64,000 nucleotides of DNA from Bacillota bacterium (GCA_017577945.2 PKQS02000009.1:787-64786); one strand, 5' to 3'; counted from the first letter of the stretch, positions 39,039 to 49,831 are shown. The notes: generated from the letters alone by a model not told the origin. Made by a program: numbers and translations.

Positions 39039-41267
39039 TCAGCCGCGCGAGCGCTTGTCGCCCCGGCCACGTGCCCCCCGGCCGCCGGAAGAGCCCGAAC
39101 GCGCCTCCCGCGCGTACCGGCCGTTGCCCGCGTTCTTGCGAGCCAACGCCGCCGCCAGTTCGCTGGCCTTCTCCTCCTCCGTCAAGGCGTCCTTGCGCGA
39201 CAGGTTGATGCGACCGAAGCTGTCGATCTCGACAACCTTGACCCGCACCTCGTCGCCGACGTTGACCACGTCTTCCACCTGCGTGACCCGGTACGGCGCC
39301 AGCTGCGAGATGTGGATGAGCCCTTCCTTGCCCGGCGCGATTTCCACGAACGCGCCGAAATTCATGATGCGCGTAACCGTGCCGGTATAGTATTCGCCCA
39401 CTTCCACATCTTTGACGATGGCCTCGATGAGCTTCTTGGCCTTCTGGCCCGCCTCCGGATCGGTGGAAGCGATGTAGACACGGCCGTCGTCCTCGATGTC
39501 GATCTGCACACCCGTATCGGCGATGATCTTGTTGATGGTCCGGCCGCCGGGCCCGATGACTTCCCGGATCTTCTCCACCGGAATCGTCATCGTGATGATG
39601 CGCGGCGCGTACGGCGACAGCTGCGGCCTCGGCTTGTCCAAGACCTGCAGCATGCGCTCGAGGATGTACAGCCGCCCGGCGCGCGCCTGCTCGAACGCCT
39701 TGGCGAGAATCTCGCGCGTCACGCCCTTGATCTTGATGTCCATCTGCAGGGCGGTGACGCCGTCGGCCGTGCCCGCCACCTTGAAGTCCATGTCGCCCAA
39801 GGCATCCTCGATGCCCTGGATGTCGGTCAAGATGGCGAAGCCGCCTTCATACTGGACGAGACCCATGGCGACGCCGGCCACCGGCTTGCGGATGGGCACG
39901 CCCGCGTCCATCAGCGCCAGCGTGCTGCCGCACGTGCTAGCCATGGACGACGACCCGTTGGACTCCAGCACTTCCGACACGACGCGGATCGTATACGGAA
40001 ACTCTTCCTCGGGCGGAATGACCGGCAAGAGCGCCCGCTCGGCCAGATGCCCGTGGCCGATTTCCCGCCGGCCCGGCGACCGCATGGGCCGCACTTCGCC
40101 GACGCTGTAGCCCGGGAAGTTGTAGTGGTGAATGTAGCGCTTGCGATCCTCGTCGCCCAAGTCGTCCAGCAGCTGCTCGTCGCCCTTTAGCCCCAGCGTG
40201 CAGACGCTCAGCACCTGGGTCTGGCCGCGCGTGAAGATGGCCGACCCGTGCGTGCGCGGCAGCACCGACGTCTCGCACCAGATGGGCCGGATCTCGTCGT
40301 GCTTGCGGCCGTCGACGCGCTCGCCCTCGACGACGATCATGTGCCGGACCTGCTCTTTGAGGAGCTTGTCGAAGACCGCCTCCACGTCCTTGACGTGCTC
40401 GGCGGCCTGCTCGCCCCACTCCTCCTGGAACGACTGTACGATTTGCTCCTTCAGCCGCCGGACGTTTTCCTCGCGCTCCTGCTTGATGGGGCTCCGCACG
40501 GCCTCTTTGATCGCGTCGGCGGCCCGCTCGCGCACCCACGCGGCCACGTCGGGATCGGGCTCGTGCAGCTTCACTTCCGCCTTGGGCTTGCCGACCGCGG
40601 CCCGCATCTCCTCCTGCAGCGCGACGATGCGCTTAACCTCTTCGTGGCCGAACATGATGGCGTCGAGCATGACGCTCTCGGGCAGCTCTTTCGCGCCGGC
40701 TTCCACCATCATGACCGCGTCTTTGGTGCCGGCCACCACCAGGTCCAGTTCGGACCGCTCCATCTGCTCGACGGTAGGATTGATGACGAACTGGCCGTCG
40801 ACCCGGCCGACACGCACAGCGCCTACGGGACCGAGGAACGGGATGTCGGAGATGGTCAGTGCGGCCGACGCGCCGATAAGCGCCGTGACGTCCGGCGCGT
40901 TGTCCTGCTCCACCGACATAACCGTGGCCACAATTTGCACGTCGTTGCGGAAGCCTTCCGGGAACAGCGGCCGCAACGGACGGTCAATCATGCGCGCCGC
41001 CAGCGTAGCCGCTTCGCTCGGCCGCCCCTCCCGCCGCAGCCAAACGCGCGGAATGCGCCCGACGGCGTACATGCGTTCCTCATAGTCTACCAGCAGCGGA
41101 AAGAAATCGATGCCTTCGCGGGGCTCACGAGACATGACGGCCGTTACTAGGACCGCCGTGTCTCCGTAGCGGACCAGCACCGAACCGTTGGCTTGCTTGG
41201 CCAATCTGCCGGTTTCGATGACTAGCGTCCGCCCCCCCACCTCCATCTGAAATTTCTGTTCGTTCAA
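39039..41267 (-). CDS. pnp: Polyribonucleotide nucleotidyltransferase (PNPase), 742 aa
   Basis: Two RNase PH domains, KH and S1 domains. I re-called the start to TTG 41267 (GGGAGG 9 nt upstream). Confidence 0.96.
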   Translation of the reverse strand: MNEQKFQMEVGGRTLVIETGRLAKQANGSVLVRYGDTAVLVTAVMSREPREGIDFFPLLVDYEERMYAVGRIPRVWLRREGRPSEAATLAARMIDRPLRPLFPEGFRNDVQIVATVMSVEQDNAPDVTALIGASAALTISDIPFLGPVGAVRVGRVDGQFVINPTVEQMERSELDLVVAGTKDAVMMVEAGAKELPESVMLDAIMFGHEEVKRIVALQEEMRAAVGKPKAEVKLHEPDPDVAAWVRERAADAIKEAVRSPIKQEREENVRRLKEQIVQSFQEEWGEQAAEHVKDVEAVFDKLLKEQVRHMIVVEGERVDGRKHDEIRPIWCETSVLPRTHGSAIFTRGQTQVLSVCTLGLKGDEQLLDDLGDEDRKRYIHHYNFPGYSVGEVRPMRSPGRREIGHGHLAERALLPVIPPEEEFPYTIRVVSEVLESNGSSSMASTCGSTLALMDAGVPIRKPVAGVAMGLVQYEGGFAILTDIQGIEDALGDMDFKVAGTADGVTALQMDIKIKGVTREILAKAFEQARAGRLYILERMLQVLDKPRPQLSPYAPRIITMTIPVEKIREVIGPGGRTINKIIADTGVQIDIEDDGRVYIASTDPEAGQKAKKLIEAIVKDVEVGEYYTGTVTRIMNFGAFVEIAPGKEGLIHISQLAPYRVTQVEDVVNVGDEVRVKVVEIDSFGRINLSRKDALTEEEKASELAAALARKNAGNGRYAREARSGSSGGRGARGRGDKRSRG

Positions 41268-41334
41268 TACGCGAGACCTCCCACTTCCCATGCGGCGCCG
41301 TGCGCAACGCACCCCGCACGGCGCCGGTTCTCTT

Positions 41335-41373
41335 TTCCAAGATGAAATAGAACGAGAGCGGCAAGCACCGCTC
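41335..41373 (-). terminator. rpsO terminator / pnp leader hairpin
   Basis: GAGCGG-TGCTTG-CCGCTC 2 nt after the rpsO stop, followed by TCGTTCTATTTCATCTT. Confidence 0.5.
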
Positions 41374-41375
41374 CG

Positions 41376-41645
41376 TCACTTCCGCAGCCCGAGCTTGTTC
41401 ACCAGAGCACGGTACCGCTCTACGTCGGTCTTCTGCAGGTAGTTCAGCAGCCCGCGCCGCTGGCCGATCAGCTTATACAGCCCGCGCCGGGAATGGAAGT
41501 CCTTCTTGTGTACCTGCAAGTGCTCGCTCAGCTGGTTGATGCGAGCCGTCAGGATGGCAATCTGGACTTCCGGCGACCCCGTGTCCGCCTCGTGCTGACG
41601 GAACTCGGCGATAATCTGGGCCTTCTCTTCCTTCGAGAGCGCCAT
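41376..41645 (-). CDS. rpsO: 30S ribosomal protein S15 (89 aa)
   Basis: [12 protein letters not shown]...[11 protein letters not shown]...[14 protein letters not shown] 41645 with GGAGGTG SD. Confidence 0.97.
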   Translation of the reverse strand: MALSKEEKAQIIAEFRQHEADTGSPEVQIAILTARINQLSEHLQVHKKDFHSRRGLYKLIGQRRGLLNYLQKTDVERYRALVNKLGLRK

Positions 41646-41732
41646 CTCTGCACCTCCGTTCTTTTCCGCAGCCCCTGGCACCACGCCGCCGCCGGAGGAC
41701 TCGCACGGCCTAGTGCCAGGTTTCCTTGCTTA
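41646..41732 (-). promoter_or_regulatory. Structured rpsO 5' leader (candidate S15 autoregulatory element)
   Basis: 8-bp helix CCTGGCAC/GTGCCAGG (41674-41681 with 41713-41720) closing a GC-rich internal region. A second CTGC...GCAG pairing brackets the SD. Confidence 0.4.
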
Positions 41733-41762
41733 GTTATACCACAAGCCCCGTGCGTTGCACAA
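41733..41762 (-). promoter_or_regulatory. Candidate rpsO promoter, TTGTGC-18 nt-TGgTATAAC
   Basis: Extended -10 match immediately after the ribF stop. Confidence 0.45.
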
Positions 41763-41778
41763 CAACGCCGCCGCCCCG

Positions 41779-42630
41779 CTACTCGCGCCGCGCGATGAAT
41801 TGCACGCGCACTTCCTCGCCCGGCGCGGCGGGCGCTTCCGCGCCGAACAGGCGCAGCCAGCCCTCCCCGTCCGCCGGGATCTCGACCGCCGCGGGCACCG
41901 ACGGACCGCCGGGCGGACCGGCCAGGACGTCGTATTTCCCCGGCGCGGGCAGAAGGAGCCCGGCCGACGGCTGCACGCGCCAGGCGCCCCCGCCGTCCTG
42001 CTCGTCCCCGTCCAACATGCGGCCGATAACGCAGTAGAACCGACCCAGCAGTGCCGCCGCCTGCGCCACGTCGCCCTCCGCCAGCAGCTGCCGCACCAAC
42101 GTGCTGGAAACGACCCGTCCCCGGTCGTCGCGCACGGTCTCGACCACGTGCACGGCCAGCCCCAGTTCTTCCCCCACCTGCCGCAGCAGGTCGACCGTGC
42201 CGCGCGCCCCGCGGCCAAAGCGGAAGTTTTCGCCGACGACGACCCGGCGGGCGCCAAGTCCTCCGACCAGCACGTCCCGCACGAACCGCTCCGGCTCCAG
42301 CGCCGCGACCGCTTCATCGAACCGTAGCGTGACGACGGCGGCGATGCCTGCAGCACCCAAGGCGCGCTCACGCTCTTCCGGCGCCGTGAGCGCCGGCGGC
42401 GCGCCGGAGCCGACCACCGCCCGCGGATGCGGATGAAAGGTCAAAGCGACGGGCGTCTCCCCCGCCGCGGCGCCGCGCTCCACCGCCATGCGCAAGATGC
42501 GCAGGTGGCCTTTGTGCACTCCATCGAAGTTGCCCACCGCGACGGCGCTGCGCGCGAACAGCGGCGCCCGCCCCAGCAGCTCATCCAGCGTCAAACGCCA
42601 GCAACGCAACGGTTCTTCCCGGGCCGTCAC
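41779..42630 (-). CDS. ribF: FAD synthetase (FMN adenylyltransferase) RibF with short, degenerate C-terminal riboflavin-kinase-like region
   Basis: The N-terminal GNFDGVHKGH and ENFRFG motifs are intact. The C-terminal about 85 aa lacks GFPTAN. Confidence 0.85.
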   Translation of the reverse strand: MTAREEPLRCWRLTLDELLGRAPLFARSAVAVGNFDGVHKGHLRILRMAVERGAAAGETPVALTFHPHPRAVVGSGAPPALTAPEERERALGAAGIAAVVTLRFDEAVAALEPERFVRDVLVGGLGARRVVVGENFRFGRGARGTVDLLRQVGEELGLAVHVVETVRDDRGRVVSSTLVRQLLAEGDVAQAAALLGRFYCVIGRMLDGDEQDGGGAWRVQPSAGLLLPAPGKYDVLAGPPGGPSVPAAVEIPADGEGWLRLFGAEAPAAPGEEVRVQFIARRE

Positions 42631-43589
42631 GAAAAGACCACCCGCGGCCTCCAGACAATGTTTCCGCCTCGCCGTTCCGCCGCCGCCAGCGCCAGCAAGC
42701 GCCCGTTCTCATCGTAAAGCCGGGCCAGCCAAACTTGCCCGGTGCGGCCTTCGCCTGCCCCTTCCGCGCCGGCCGCGACGGGCTGGCCATGGCGAATCCG
42801 CCTCGCGCCGGCGGCGTCCAGCGTTACCTTCGGCCACGCGGCCAGCGCGGCGTCCATCGGCAACAGCACAGGGATCCCCGCGGCCACGTCGCGCTCCAGC
42901 TCGTCCAGCGTGCGCGCGCTGTCAATGGTCAGCGCGCCGACCCGCGTGCGCAGCAAGAACGACATGTACGCGCCGCAGCCCAGCGCTGCGCCGATGTCCG
43001 CACACAACGTGCGCACGTACGTGCCCTTCGAACAGACGACATCAAAAAGGACGCGCGTGCCGAAGCCCAGCACGTCGTCGTCGGGCTCGATGCGCACCGG
43101 GGTGAGGCGGCGGATGTGCACCGTCCGCGGCGCCCGCTCCACCTCGACGCCAGCCCGCGCCAGCTCGTACAGCCGCCGGCCTTGGCGCTTGACCGCCGAG
43201 GCCATGGGCGGCACTTGCTCGATGGCGCCGACGAACCGGCCCAGCGTTGCAAGGAGCGCTTCCCGCGGCACGGCACAGCCGCGTTCCACGCGCTGCGGCG
43301 CGCCGAAGGCGTCCTGCGTGTCGGTCGCGATGCCGAGCACCAGCTCGGCCCTGTATTCTTTGTCTTCGGCGTGAAGCCATTCGACGAGGCGCGTGGCGCG
43401 CCCGACGCAGAGCACGAGGACACCGGCCGCGCCCGGGTCCAGCGTCCCCGTATGCCCCACGCGCCGCACCCCCAGCAGGCGCCGCACCCGATCAACGACG
43501 TCGTGCGACGTCATGCCCGGTGGCTTGAGCACGTTGAGCAGTCCATCCAGCTCGCCGGCGCCTTCGCGGCGCAGGCGCTCGGAGCTCAC
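42627..43589 (-). CDS. truB: tRNA pseudouridine-55 synthase TruB (320 aa)
   Basis: LNVLKPPGMTSHDVV and HTGTLDPGAAGVL catalytic-Asp motif. GTG 43589 overlaps the upstream stop (GTGA). Confidence 0.93.
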   Translation of the reverse strand: MSSERLRREGAGELDGLLNVLKPPGMTSHDVVDRVRRLLGVRRVGHTGTLDPGAAGVLVLCVGRATRLVEWLHAEDKEYRAELVLGIATDTQDAFGAPQRVERGCAVPREALLATLGRFVGAIEQVPPMASAVKRQGRRLYELARAGVEVERAPRTVHIRRLTPVRIEPDDDVLGFGTRVLFDVVCSKGTYVRTLCADIGAALGCGAYMSFLLRTRVGALTIDSARTLDELERDVAAGIPVLLPMDAALAAWPKVTLDAAGARRIRHGQPVAAGAEGAGEGRTGQVWLARLYDENGRLLALAAAERRGGNIVWRPRVVFS

Positions 43590-44602
43590 GAGCCGCCAGC
43601 CTCCTCGGCGCCGGCCCCCACGGCCGCCGGCTCCAGCGGCGGCAGCCACTGGCTGACGGCCGCGACGATGCGCTCCAAGGCGTCGGCCACGGGCGCGTTG
43701 ACGGTGCACCCGGCTGCGCCCGGATGGCCGCCCCCGCCGAAGGCCGAGGCCACGACGCTCACGTCGACCCGGCCCCGGGAGCGCAGACTGACGCGCGTCT
43801 GACCGTCGGCCAGTTCCCGGAGCATGAGGGCCACTTCGACGCCCGCAATCGAACGAGGATATTGCACGAATCCCGCCGCGTCGTCGTCGACGGCGCCCGC
43901 CTGCGCCAGCATGGCGCGGGTGACGACGATCCAGGCGATGCGCCCGTCGTCGCTGCGCCCCAGCGTGTTCAGCGCCAGCTTCAGCAGCTGCACTGCGCGC
44001 CAGGGCACCTGGTCGTAAACGGCCGCGGCGATCTCGTCGGGCTTGGCGCCGGCTTCCACGAGCTGCGCGGCGATGGCCAGCGTCTGCGCCGTCGTGTTGG
44101 GATACCGGAACGAGCCGGTGTCGCTCATGACGGCCGCGTACAGCTGCGTTGCGGCTTGCGCGTCCAACGCCAGCCCCCAGTGCTCCGTGAGCAGGCGGTA
44201 AATGAGCTCGCCCGTGGCGGCCGCCTGCGGTTCAATGTAGTGCAGCGTGCCTTCGCCGGTGTTGGAGACGTGGTGGTCGATGTTATACACGTACGCGAAC
44301 TGGGACGTTTGGCTCCGGACCGCGCCGATGCGGGACAAGTCGCAGTCGACGACAACCAAGGCGTCGGCCGCGGGCGCCGGCGGCGGAAGAATCTGCTCCA
44401 CACCCGGCAGAAACCGCATATCTTCCGAGATCGGATCCGGCGACACCACGGCCACGGTCTTGCCCAGCCGCCGCAGACCCCACGCCAGCGCCAGCATGGA
44501 GCCGAGACAATCCGGGTCCGGGTCGACGTGGGACGTGATGACGAACGACTCGTGGCGCAGCATCGCCTGCGCGAGCCGTTCCAGCCCCTCAGGCCCCGCC
44601 AT
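43586..44602 (-). CDS. DHH/DHHA1 family phosphoesterase (NrnA-like)
   Basis: ITSHVDPDPDCLGS, VYNIDHH (DHH), and GGGHPGAAG (DHHA1). ATG 44602 has GAGGAG 7 nt upstream. The ORF-track start at 44884 runs through rbfA. Confidence 0.88.
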   Translation of the reverse strand: MAGPEGLERLAQAMLRHESFVITSHVDPDPDCLGSMLALAWGLRRLGKTVAVVSPDPISEDMRFLPGVEQILPPPAPAADALVVVDCDLSRIGAVRSQTSQFAYVYNIDHHVSNTGEGTLHYIEPQAAATGELIYRLLTEHWGLALDAQAATQLYAAVMSDTGSFRYPNTTAQTLAIAAQLVEAGAKPDEIAAAVYDQVPWRAVQLLKLALNTLGRSDDGRIAWIVVTRAMLAQAGAVDDDAAGFVQYPRSIAGVEVALMLRELADGQTRVSLRSRGRVDVSVVASAFGGGGHPGAAGCTVNAPVADALERIVAAVSQWLPPLEPAAVGAGAEEAGGS

Positions 44603-45005
44603 CGCCATTCTCCTCGCGGGCGCCGGCCGTTTCCGGCTCGACGCCGACCTCGGCCGGCGCGTTCGCGCCGCTGGAAAGCGAGCGCAGCAGCCGGTTGATG
44701 CGGTCGCCCCGTTCAATGGAATCGTCGAGCTTAAAGGTGATCTCCGGCGTGTACCGCAGGCGGATGCGCTGGCCCAGCTCCGTGCGAATGTAGCCTTGCG
44801 CGTGCGCCAGCGCCGCCAGCGTCTTCTGTTTCTCCTGCTCGTCGCCGAAGATGCTGACGAAAATCTTGGCGTGGCGCAAGTCACGGGACAGTTCCACGTC
44901 GGTCACGGACACGAACCCGATCCGGGGGTCCTTCATCTTGCGCAAAATGTCGCTCGTTTCCCGCTTCAGGTCTTCCCGGATGCGCTCTGCACGGGGGACC
45001 GTCAT
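44589..45005 (-). CDS. rbfA: Ribosome-binding factor A
   Basis: RAERIREDLKRE...DPRIGFVSVTDVELSRDLRHAKIFVS. Confidence 0.93.
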   Translation of the reverse strand: MTVPRAERIREDLKRETSDILRKMKDPRIGFVSVTDVELSRDLRHAKIFVSIFGDEQEKQKTLAALAHAQGYIRTELGQRIRLRYTPEITFKLDDSIERGDRINRLLRSLSSGANAPAEVGVEPETAGAREENGDGGA

Positions 45006-45074
45006 GGGCGTCTCCCTCCTTGACCCCGGCGCCGCGGGCGGCCCGTCAGCCGCCGGCGGCGCCCATCCCTTCCG

Positions 45075-45356
45075 TCAGCGCAGCTCGACGGCGTAATCGC
45101 TCAGCTCCACCGAGCCGTCGCGCTGCACGAAGTCGACCACCGCCGACAGCACCCGGTAAGCCTGGCTAGCGTCGGTCGTGGCCACGGCTACCGCCAGCGT
45201 GGCGCGCTGCCACGCGTCGTGGTTGCCGACTTCGGCGACGGACACGTTGAACCGCGTCCGGATGCGGTCGTACAAGCTGCGCACGGCGCGCCGCTTCGCC
45301 TTCAGCGACGCGCTGTCGTGGATGTACAGCTCCAGCGTGAGCAGCCCGACGACCAC
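45075..45356 (-). CDS. ylxP: DUF503 protein YlxP
   Basis: LTLELYIHDSASLKAKRRAVRSL pattern. Position between infB and rbfA as in Bacillus. Confidence 0.85.
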   Translation of the reverse strand: MVVGLLTLELYIHDSASLKAKRRAVRSLYDRIRTRFNVSVAEVGNHDAWQRATLAVAVATTDASQAYRVLSAVVDFVQRDGSVELSDYAVELR

Positions 45357-45361
45357 GGCGG

Positions 45362-47476
45362 TTACCTCGCCACGGCCTCCATGCGGTACGCCTCCAGCAC
45401 GTCGCCTTCCTTCAAGTCATTGAACTTGGCGATGCCGATGCCGCACTCAAACCCTTCCGGCACTTCCCGCACGTCGTCCTTAAAGCGGCGCAGCGAGCTC
45501 AACTCTCCGTCGTAGACGACGACGCCGTTGCGGATGACCCGCACCTTGGCGCCGCGCACCATGCGGCCGTCGGTGACGTAGGCGCCCGCCACGATGCCCA
45601 CGTTCGGCACCTTGAACAGCGCCCGCACCTCCGCGTGGCCCAGCACCACTTCCTTGTAAACGGGCTCCAGCAGGCCCTTCATGGCCTTCTCCACGTCGTC
45701 GATGACGTCGTAGATGACGCGGTAGGTGCGAATCTCCACGTGCTCCTGCTCCGCGGCCCGGCGGGCCATCGCATCAGGCCGCACGTTGAACCCGATAATG
45801 ATGGCATTGGTCGTGGCCGCCAAGTCCACGTCCGACTTGGTGATGCCGCCCACGCCGGCGTGGACGACCCGGACTTCCACGTCGTCGTTGCTGAGCTTGA
45901 GCAGGGCGTCCCGCAGCGCTTCCACCGACCCTTGCACGTCGGCCTTCAGGACGATGGACAGCTCTTTCCGCTCGCCCTCCTGCACCTGCCGGAACAAGTC
46001 CTCCAGGCTCGCCTTGCGCTGCCGCTGCAGCTCTTGCTCGCGCGCCTGCTGGCGCAGCCGTTCCGCCAGCTCCCGGGCGGCCCGCTCGTCGTCGACGGCA
46101 ATGAGCTTGTCGCCGGCGTTCGGGACATCGTCCAGCCCCAGAACCTCCACGGGCATGGACGGCGTCGCCTCGTCGACCGGCCGCCCCTGATCGTCCAGCA
46201 TAGCCCGAACACGGCCGGCGGTGTCGCCGACAACGATGACGTCGCCGGTGCGCAGCGTGCCCTTCTGCACCAGCACCGTCGCCACCGGGCCCCGGCCCTT
46301 GTCCAGTTTGGCCTCGATGACCGTACCCCGCGCTTTCCGGTCCGGGTTGGCCTTAATCTCGCGCAGCTCCGCGACGAGCAAAATCATTTCGAGCAAGTCG
46401 GAGATGCCCTGGCCTTTGAGGGCCGACACCGGCACGACCACCGTGTCGCCGCCCCACTCTTCCGGAATGAGGCCGTGCTCGGCCAGCTGCTGCTTGACCC
46501 GCTCCGGATTGGCCTCGGGCTTGTCGATCTTGTTCAGCGCCACGATGATGGGCACGTCGGCCGCCCGCGCGTGGCTGATGGCTTCGATGGTTTGTGGCAT
46601 GACGCCGTCGTCCGCCGCCACGACCAACACGGCGATGTGGGTGACGCTGGCGCCGCGCGAGCGCATGGCCGTAAACGCCTCGTGGCCGGGCGTGTCGAGG
46701 AACGTAATCGCCTTTCCGCCCCACTTGACCTGGTAAGCGCCGATGTGCTGGGTGATGCCGCCAGCTTCGCCTTGGGCGACGCGCGTCTTACGGATGGCGT
46801 CCAGCAAGGTCGTCTTCCCGTGGTCGACGTGGCCCATAATCGTCACCACGGGCGGAATGGGCTGCAGCTTTTCCGGCGGGTCCTCTTCGTCGGCCAAAAT
46901 GGCCGCCAGCGGGTCTTCGGGGCGAACGACGCTGTAGCCGAAGCGCTCCGCCACCGCCGCCGCCGTCTCAAAGTCCAGGTCGTCGTTGACGGTGACCATC
47001 TTGCCCTGGCTGAACAAGTACTTGACGATGGCCGTGGCCTGGACGCCAATCTTGCCGGCCAGAGCGCGCACGGCGATGGTCTCGGGCAGCTCAAGCTTCC
47101 CTTTGGAGCCCGGCTCCGGCGCAGGTTGCCGGCCGCCGCCCCCGGCCTGACGCGGCTTCGCTTGCGCTCCACCTTGCTTCCGTTCGCCCTCCCGCTCCCG
47201 CGAGCGCGCTTCACCCGACGGGGAACCGCCTTTGCGGGCCGCGCTTTCCGCGGACCCACCCTGCCGCGCGGGGGCCTGGCCCGCGCCCTGCTTCTTGGCC
47301 TCACCGGCATCGGCCTGGGCCGCCCCGAACTTCCCCTTGACGCGCGCGATCGACTCGCTGTCGAGCACGCTCATATGGTTCTTCACGTCGTGCCCCAAAG
47401 AATTCAAGTAATCCAGCACTTGCTTGCTGTCGACGCCCAAGTCGCGCGCCAGCTCATACACTCGCATTTTCGCCAC
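45362..47476 (-). CDS. infB: Translation initiation factor IF-2
   Basis: [14 protein letters not shown]1, DTPGHEAF G3, NKID G4. Confidence 0.97.
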   Translation of the reverse strand: MAKMRVYELARDLGVDSKQVLDYLNSLGHDVKNHMSVLDSESIARVKGKFGAAQADAGEAKKQGAGQAPARQGGSAESAARKGGSPSGEARSREREGERKQGGAQAKPRQAGGGGRQPAPEPGSKGKLELPETIAVRALAGKIGVQATAIVKYLFSQGKMVTVNDDLDFETAAAVAERFGYSVVRPEDPLAAILADEEDPPEKLQPIPPVVTIMGHVDHGKTTLLDAIRKTRVAQGEAGGITQHIGAYQVKWGGKAITFLDTPGHEAFTAMRSRGASVTHIAVLVVAADDGVMPQTIEAISHARAADVPIIVALNKIDKPEANPERVKQQLAEHGLIPEEWGGDTVVVPVSALKGQGISDLLEMILLVAELREIKANPDRKARGTVIEAKLDKGRGPVATVLVQKGTLRTGDVIVVGDTAGRVRAMLDDQGRPVDEATPSMPVEVLGLDDVPNAGDKLIAVDDERAARELAERLRQQAREQELQRQRKASLEDLFRQVQEGERKELSIVLKADVQGSVEALRDALLKLSNDDVEVRVVHAGVGGITKSDVDLAATTNAIIIGFNVRPDAMARRAAEQEHVEIRTYRVIYDVIDDVEKAMKGLLEPVYKEVVLGHAEVRALFKVPNVGIVAGAYVTDGRMVRGAKVRVIRNGVVVYDGELSSLRRFKDDVREVPEGFECGIGIAKFNDLKEGDVLEAYRMEAVAR

Positions 47477-47502
47477 GCAGCATCACCTCAATCATTACAG
47501 CC

Positions 47503-47808
47503 CTAGCTTTCGCTTTCCGCGACGGCGCTCTGCAGCATGCGGGCAAAGCGGGAGTCACACACGACCACGACGGCTCGCGGCCGCTCGCCGATCCACGCGC
47601 CCAGGCTCGCCTTGTCGCCCCAGCGCAGGCAAGGGACGGCGTACTCCTCCGCCAGGCGCAGGAAGCGCCGAGCCAAGGCGTCGCCCGCGTCCTCAGCCAC
47701 CACGATGAGTTTGGCCTGGCCGCGGCGAATGGCCCGCTCGCAGGCCGCGTCCCCCGACGCCAATTTTCCCGCGGCTTGGGCGAAACCGAGAACCGTAGCG
47801 GGATTCAC
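47503..47808 (-). CDS. ylxQ: L7Ae/L30e-family RNA-binding protein YlxQ
   Basis: Family pattern (AGKLASG...AIRRGQAKLIVVAEDA) and conserved position. Confidence 0.85.
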   Translation of the reverse strand: MNPATVLGFAQAAGKLASGDAACERAIRRGQAKLIVVAEDAGDALARRFLRLAEEYAVPCLRWGDKASLGAWIGERPRAVVVVCDSRFARMLQSAVAESES

Positions 47809-48071
47809 GTTGCCGCCAGCAAATCGGCCAGACGCTGGTGCACGTCGGCCGGAATGGCATGTTGCAGGGCCCGCTCCAGGCGCTTGCCTTGCCAGGCCAG
47901 TTCGAGGCAGCGGCGGTCGGGGCAGACGTAGGCGCCGCGTCCGGCCAGCTTGCCGGTAGGATCGACGACGACTTCACCGGCCGGGGTGCGCACGATCCGG
48001 ACGAGCTCGCGTTTGGGGCGCACGGTGCGGCAGCCGACGCACGTGCGCATCGGGACTTTCCGCTGTGCCAT
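47805..48071 (-). CDS. ylxR: YlxR/DUF448 family protein
   Basis: MRTCVGCR...RGAYVC motif. 4-nt overlap with ylxQ. Confidence 0.9.
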   Translation of the reverse strand: MAQRKVPMRTCVGCRTVRPKRELVRIVRTPAGEVVVDPTGKLAGRGAYVCPDRRCLELAWQGKRLERALQHAIPADVHQRLADLLAAT

Positions 48072-48087
48072 CCGGTCGTCCCTCCGC

Positions 48088-49794
48088 TCACTCTTCCTCT
48101 TGCTTCAGCAATTCGGCCAGCGCCTTCAAGTCTTTGACGACCCGCTTGGGACGCTTCTTGTCGTCCTTGTCCGCGCGCTGGCTCGGCGCGGGCCTGACAG
48201 CCACCTGCTTGAGAACGCCGGCCAACTTCTCCGCGAGCGGGTTGCCCACCGACTCTTCGGGCCCGGCCACGTACACGGAAACGCTCCCGCCCGCGGCAAC
48301 GTCCTCTTCCTCGTCGTCCGAGCCGAACAGCGTCGGCAGCGGCTCGTCGTCCTCGCCCAGCACGTCGTCGAACAGTTCTTCCTCAAGCTCGCGCCGGGCC
48401 GGGCGCGCACGCCGCTTGGGCGCCGCCCGCTTCTCCAGCAGCTCTTCCTCCAGCTCTTCGTCGAGGTCTTCGTCCTCAGGCGGCAGCAGTTCCTCGGGCT
48501 CCTCGCGCTCTTCTTCCTCCGGGAACTCCTCAACGGGCGCCAAGTCCTCCTCCAGCACCTCGACCTCGGCGCCCGCCGGCGCCGGCTCCTCCACCGCCAC
48601 CTTCTCAGCCGCAGCCGCCGGCGCGGTCTCCGCCACGGCCGGCGCCGTTTCCGCCTCGGCCGCCTGCTGAGCCGCCCGCGCCGCCGCCTGCGCCGCCCGC
48701 TTCGCCCGCAGCGCCGCCTCGGCTTCCTCGAAGGCGCGCTGCGCCTCCAGCACCGCAAGCTCCGCCATCTGAGACTCGCTCTTGATGTCGATCTTCCAGC
48801 CGCACAGCCGCGCCGCCAGCCGGGCGTTTTGCCCCTCCTTGCCGATAGCCAGCGACAGCTGGTGATCCGGTACCACGGCGCGGGCGGACTTCTCCTCGTG
48901 GTTCAGGAACACTTGCACGACCTTGGCCGGGCTCAGCGCGTTGGCCACGAAGCGGGCCGGGTCCGGCGACCACTCGACGATGTCGATCTTCTCGCCCCGC
49001 AGCTCCTGCACCACGGCCTGCACGCGCGCCCCGCGCGGACCGACGCACGCGCCCACCGGGTCTACGTTGGGGTCGTGCGAGTACACCGCGATCTTGGAGC
49101 GGCTCCCGGGCTCGCGGGCCACCGCCTTAATCTCCACGATGCCGTCGTGAATTTCCGGGACCTCCAGCTCGAACAGCCGCTTCAGCAAGCCCGGATGCGT
49201 GCGGGAGATGTTGACGACGGGTCCGCGCGGCATCTGCCGGACCTCGGTGATGTACACTTTCAGGCGGGCGCCCGGCGCGTACGTTTCGCCCGGGATCTGC
49301 TCGCTGGGAATGAGCTGGGCTTCGATGCGGCCCAAGTCGACGACGACGTTGCGCTGGTTCATGCGCTGCACGACGCCGGTGACGATGTCGCCCTCGCGGT
49401 TGGCGTACTCCTCGTACAGCAGGTTGCGCTCCGCGTCGCGGATGCGCTGGATGACGACCTGTTTGGCCGCCCCCGCCGCGATACGGCCGAAGTCCCGCGG
49501 CGTCACTTCCACCTCAACTACGTCGCCGACCTGGTAGTTGGCGTTGATGCGGCGCGCTTCTTCGAGAGAAATTTCGGTCGCGGGATTTTTCACTTCTTCC
49601 ACGACGTCTTTCAGCGCGTACACGCGCATGCGGCCCGTCCGGTCGTCCAGCAGCACCCGCACGTTTTCCGCCGACCCGTAGTGCCGCTTGTACGCGGACA
49701 AAATGGCCGCCTCGATGGCCTCCACCAAGATCTCCTTGGGTATCCCGCGCTCCTTCTCCAGCTCGTTGAGCGCACCGACCAGTTCCAAGTTCAT
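48088..49794 (-). CDS. nusA: Transcription termination/antitermination factor NusA with about 220-aa acidic C-terminal extension
   Basis: NTD, S1, KH1 and KH2 recognisable up to ...KIDIKSESQ, followed by an Ala/Glu/Asp/Pro-rich tail. Confidence 0.96.
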   Translation of the reverse strand: MNLELVGALNELEKERGIPKEILVEAIEAAILSAYKRHYGSAENVRVLLDDRTGRMRVYALKDVVEEVKNPATEISLEEARRINANYQVGDVVEVEVTPRDFGRIAAGAAKQVVIQRIRDAERNLLYEEYANREGDIVTGVVQRMNQRNVVVDLGRIEAQLIPSEQIPGETYAPGARLKVYITEVRQMPRGPVVNISRTHPGLLKRLFELEVPEIHDGIVEIKAVAREPGSRSKIAVYSHDPNVDPVGACVGPRGARVQAVVQELRGEKIDIVEWSPDPARFVANALSPAKVVQVFLNHEEKSARAVVPDHQLSLAIGKEGQNARLAARLCGWKIDIKSESQMAELAVLEAQRAFEEAEAALRAKRAAQAAARAAQQAAEAETAPAVAETAPAAAAEKVAVEEPAPAGAEVEVLEEDLAPVEEFPEEEEREEPEELLPPEDEDLDEELEEELLEKRAAPKRRARPARRELEEELFDDVLGEDDEPLPTLFGSDDEEEDVAAGGSVSVYVAGPEESVGNPLAEKLAGVLKQVAVRPAPSQRADKDDKKRPKRVVKDLKALAELLKQEEE

Positions 49795-49831
49795 GCTCGG
49801 CCCCAGCCTCCCAGCTGCCTAACCTCGTGTG

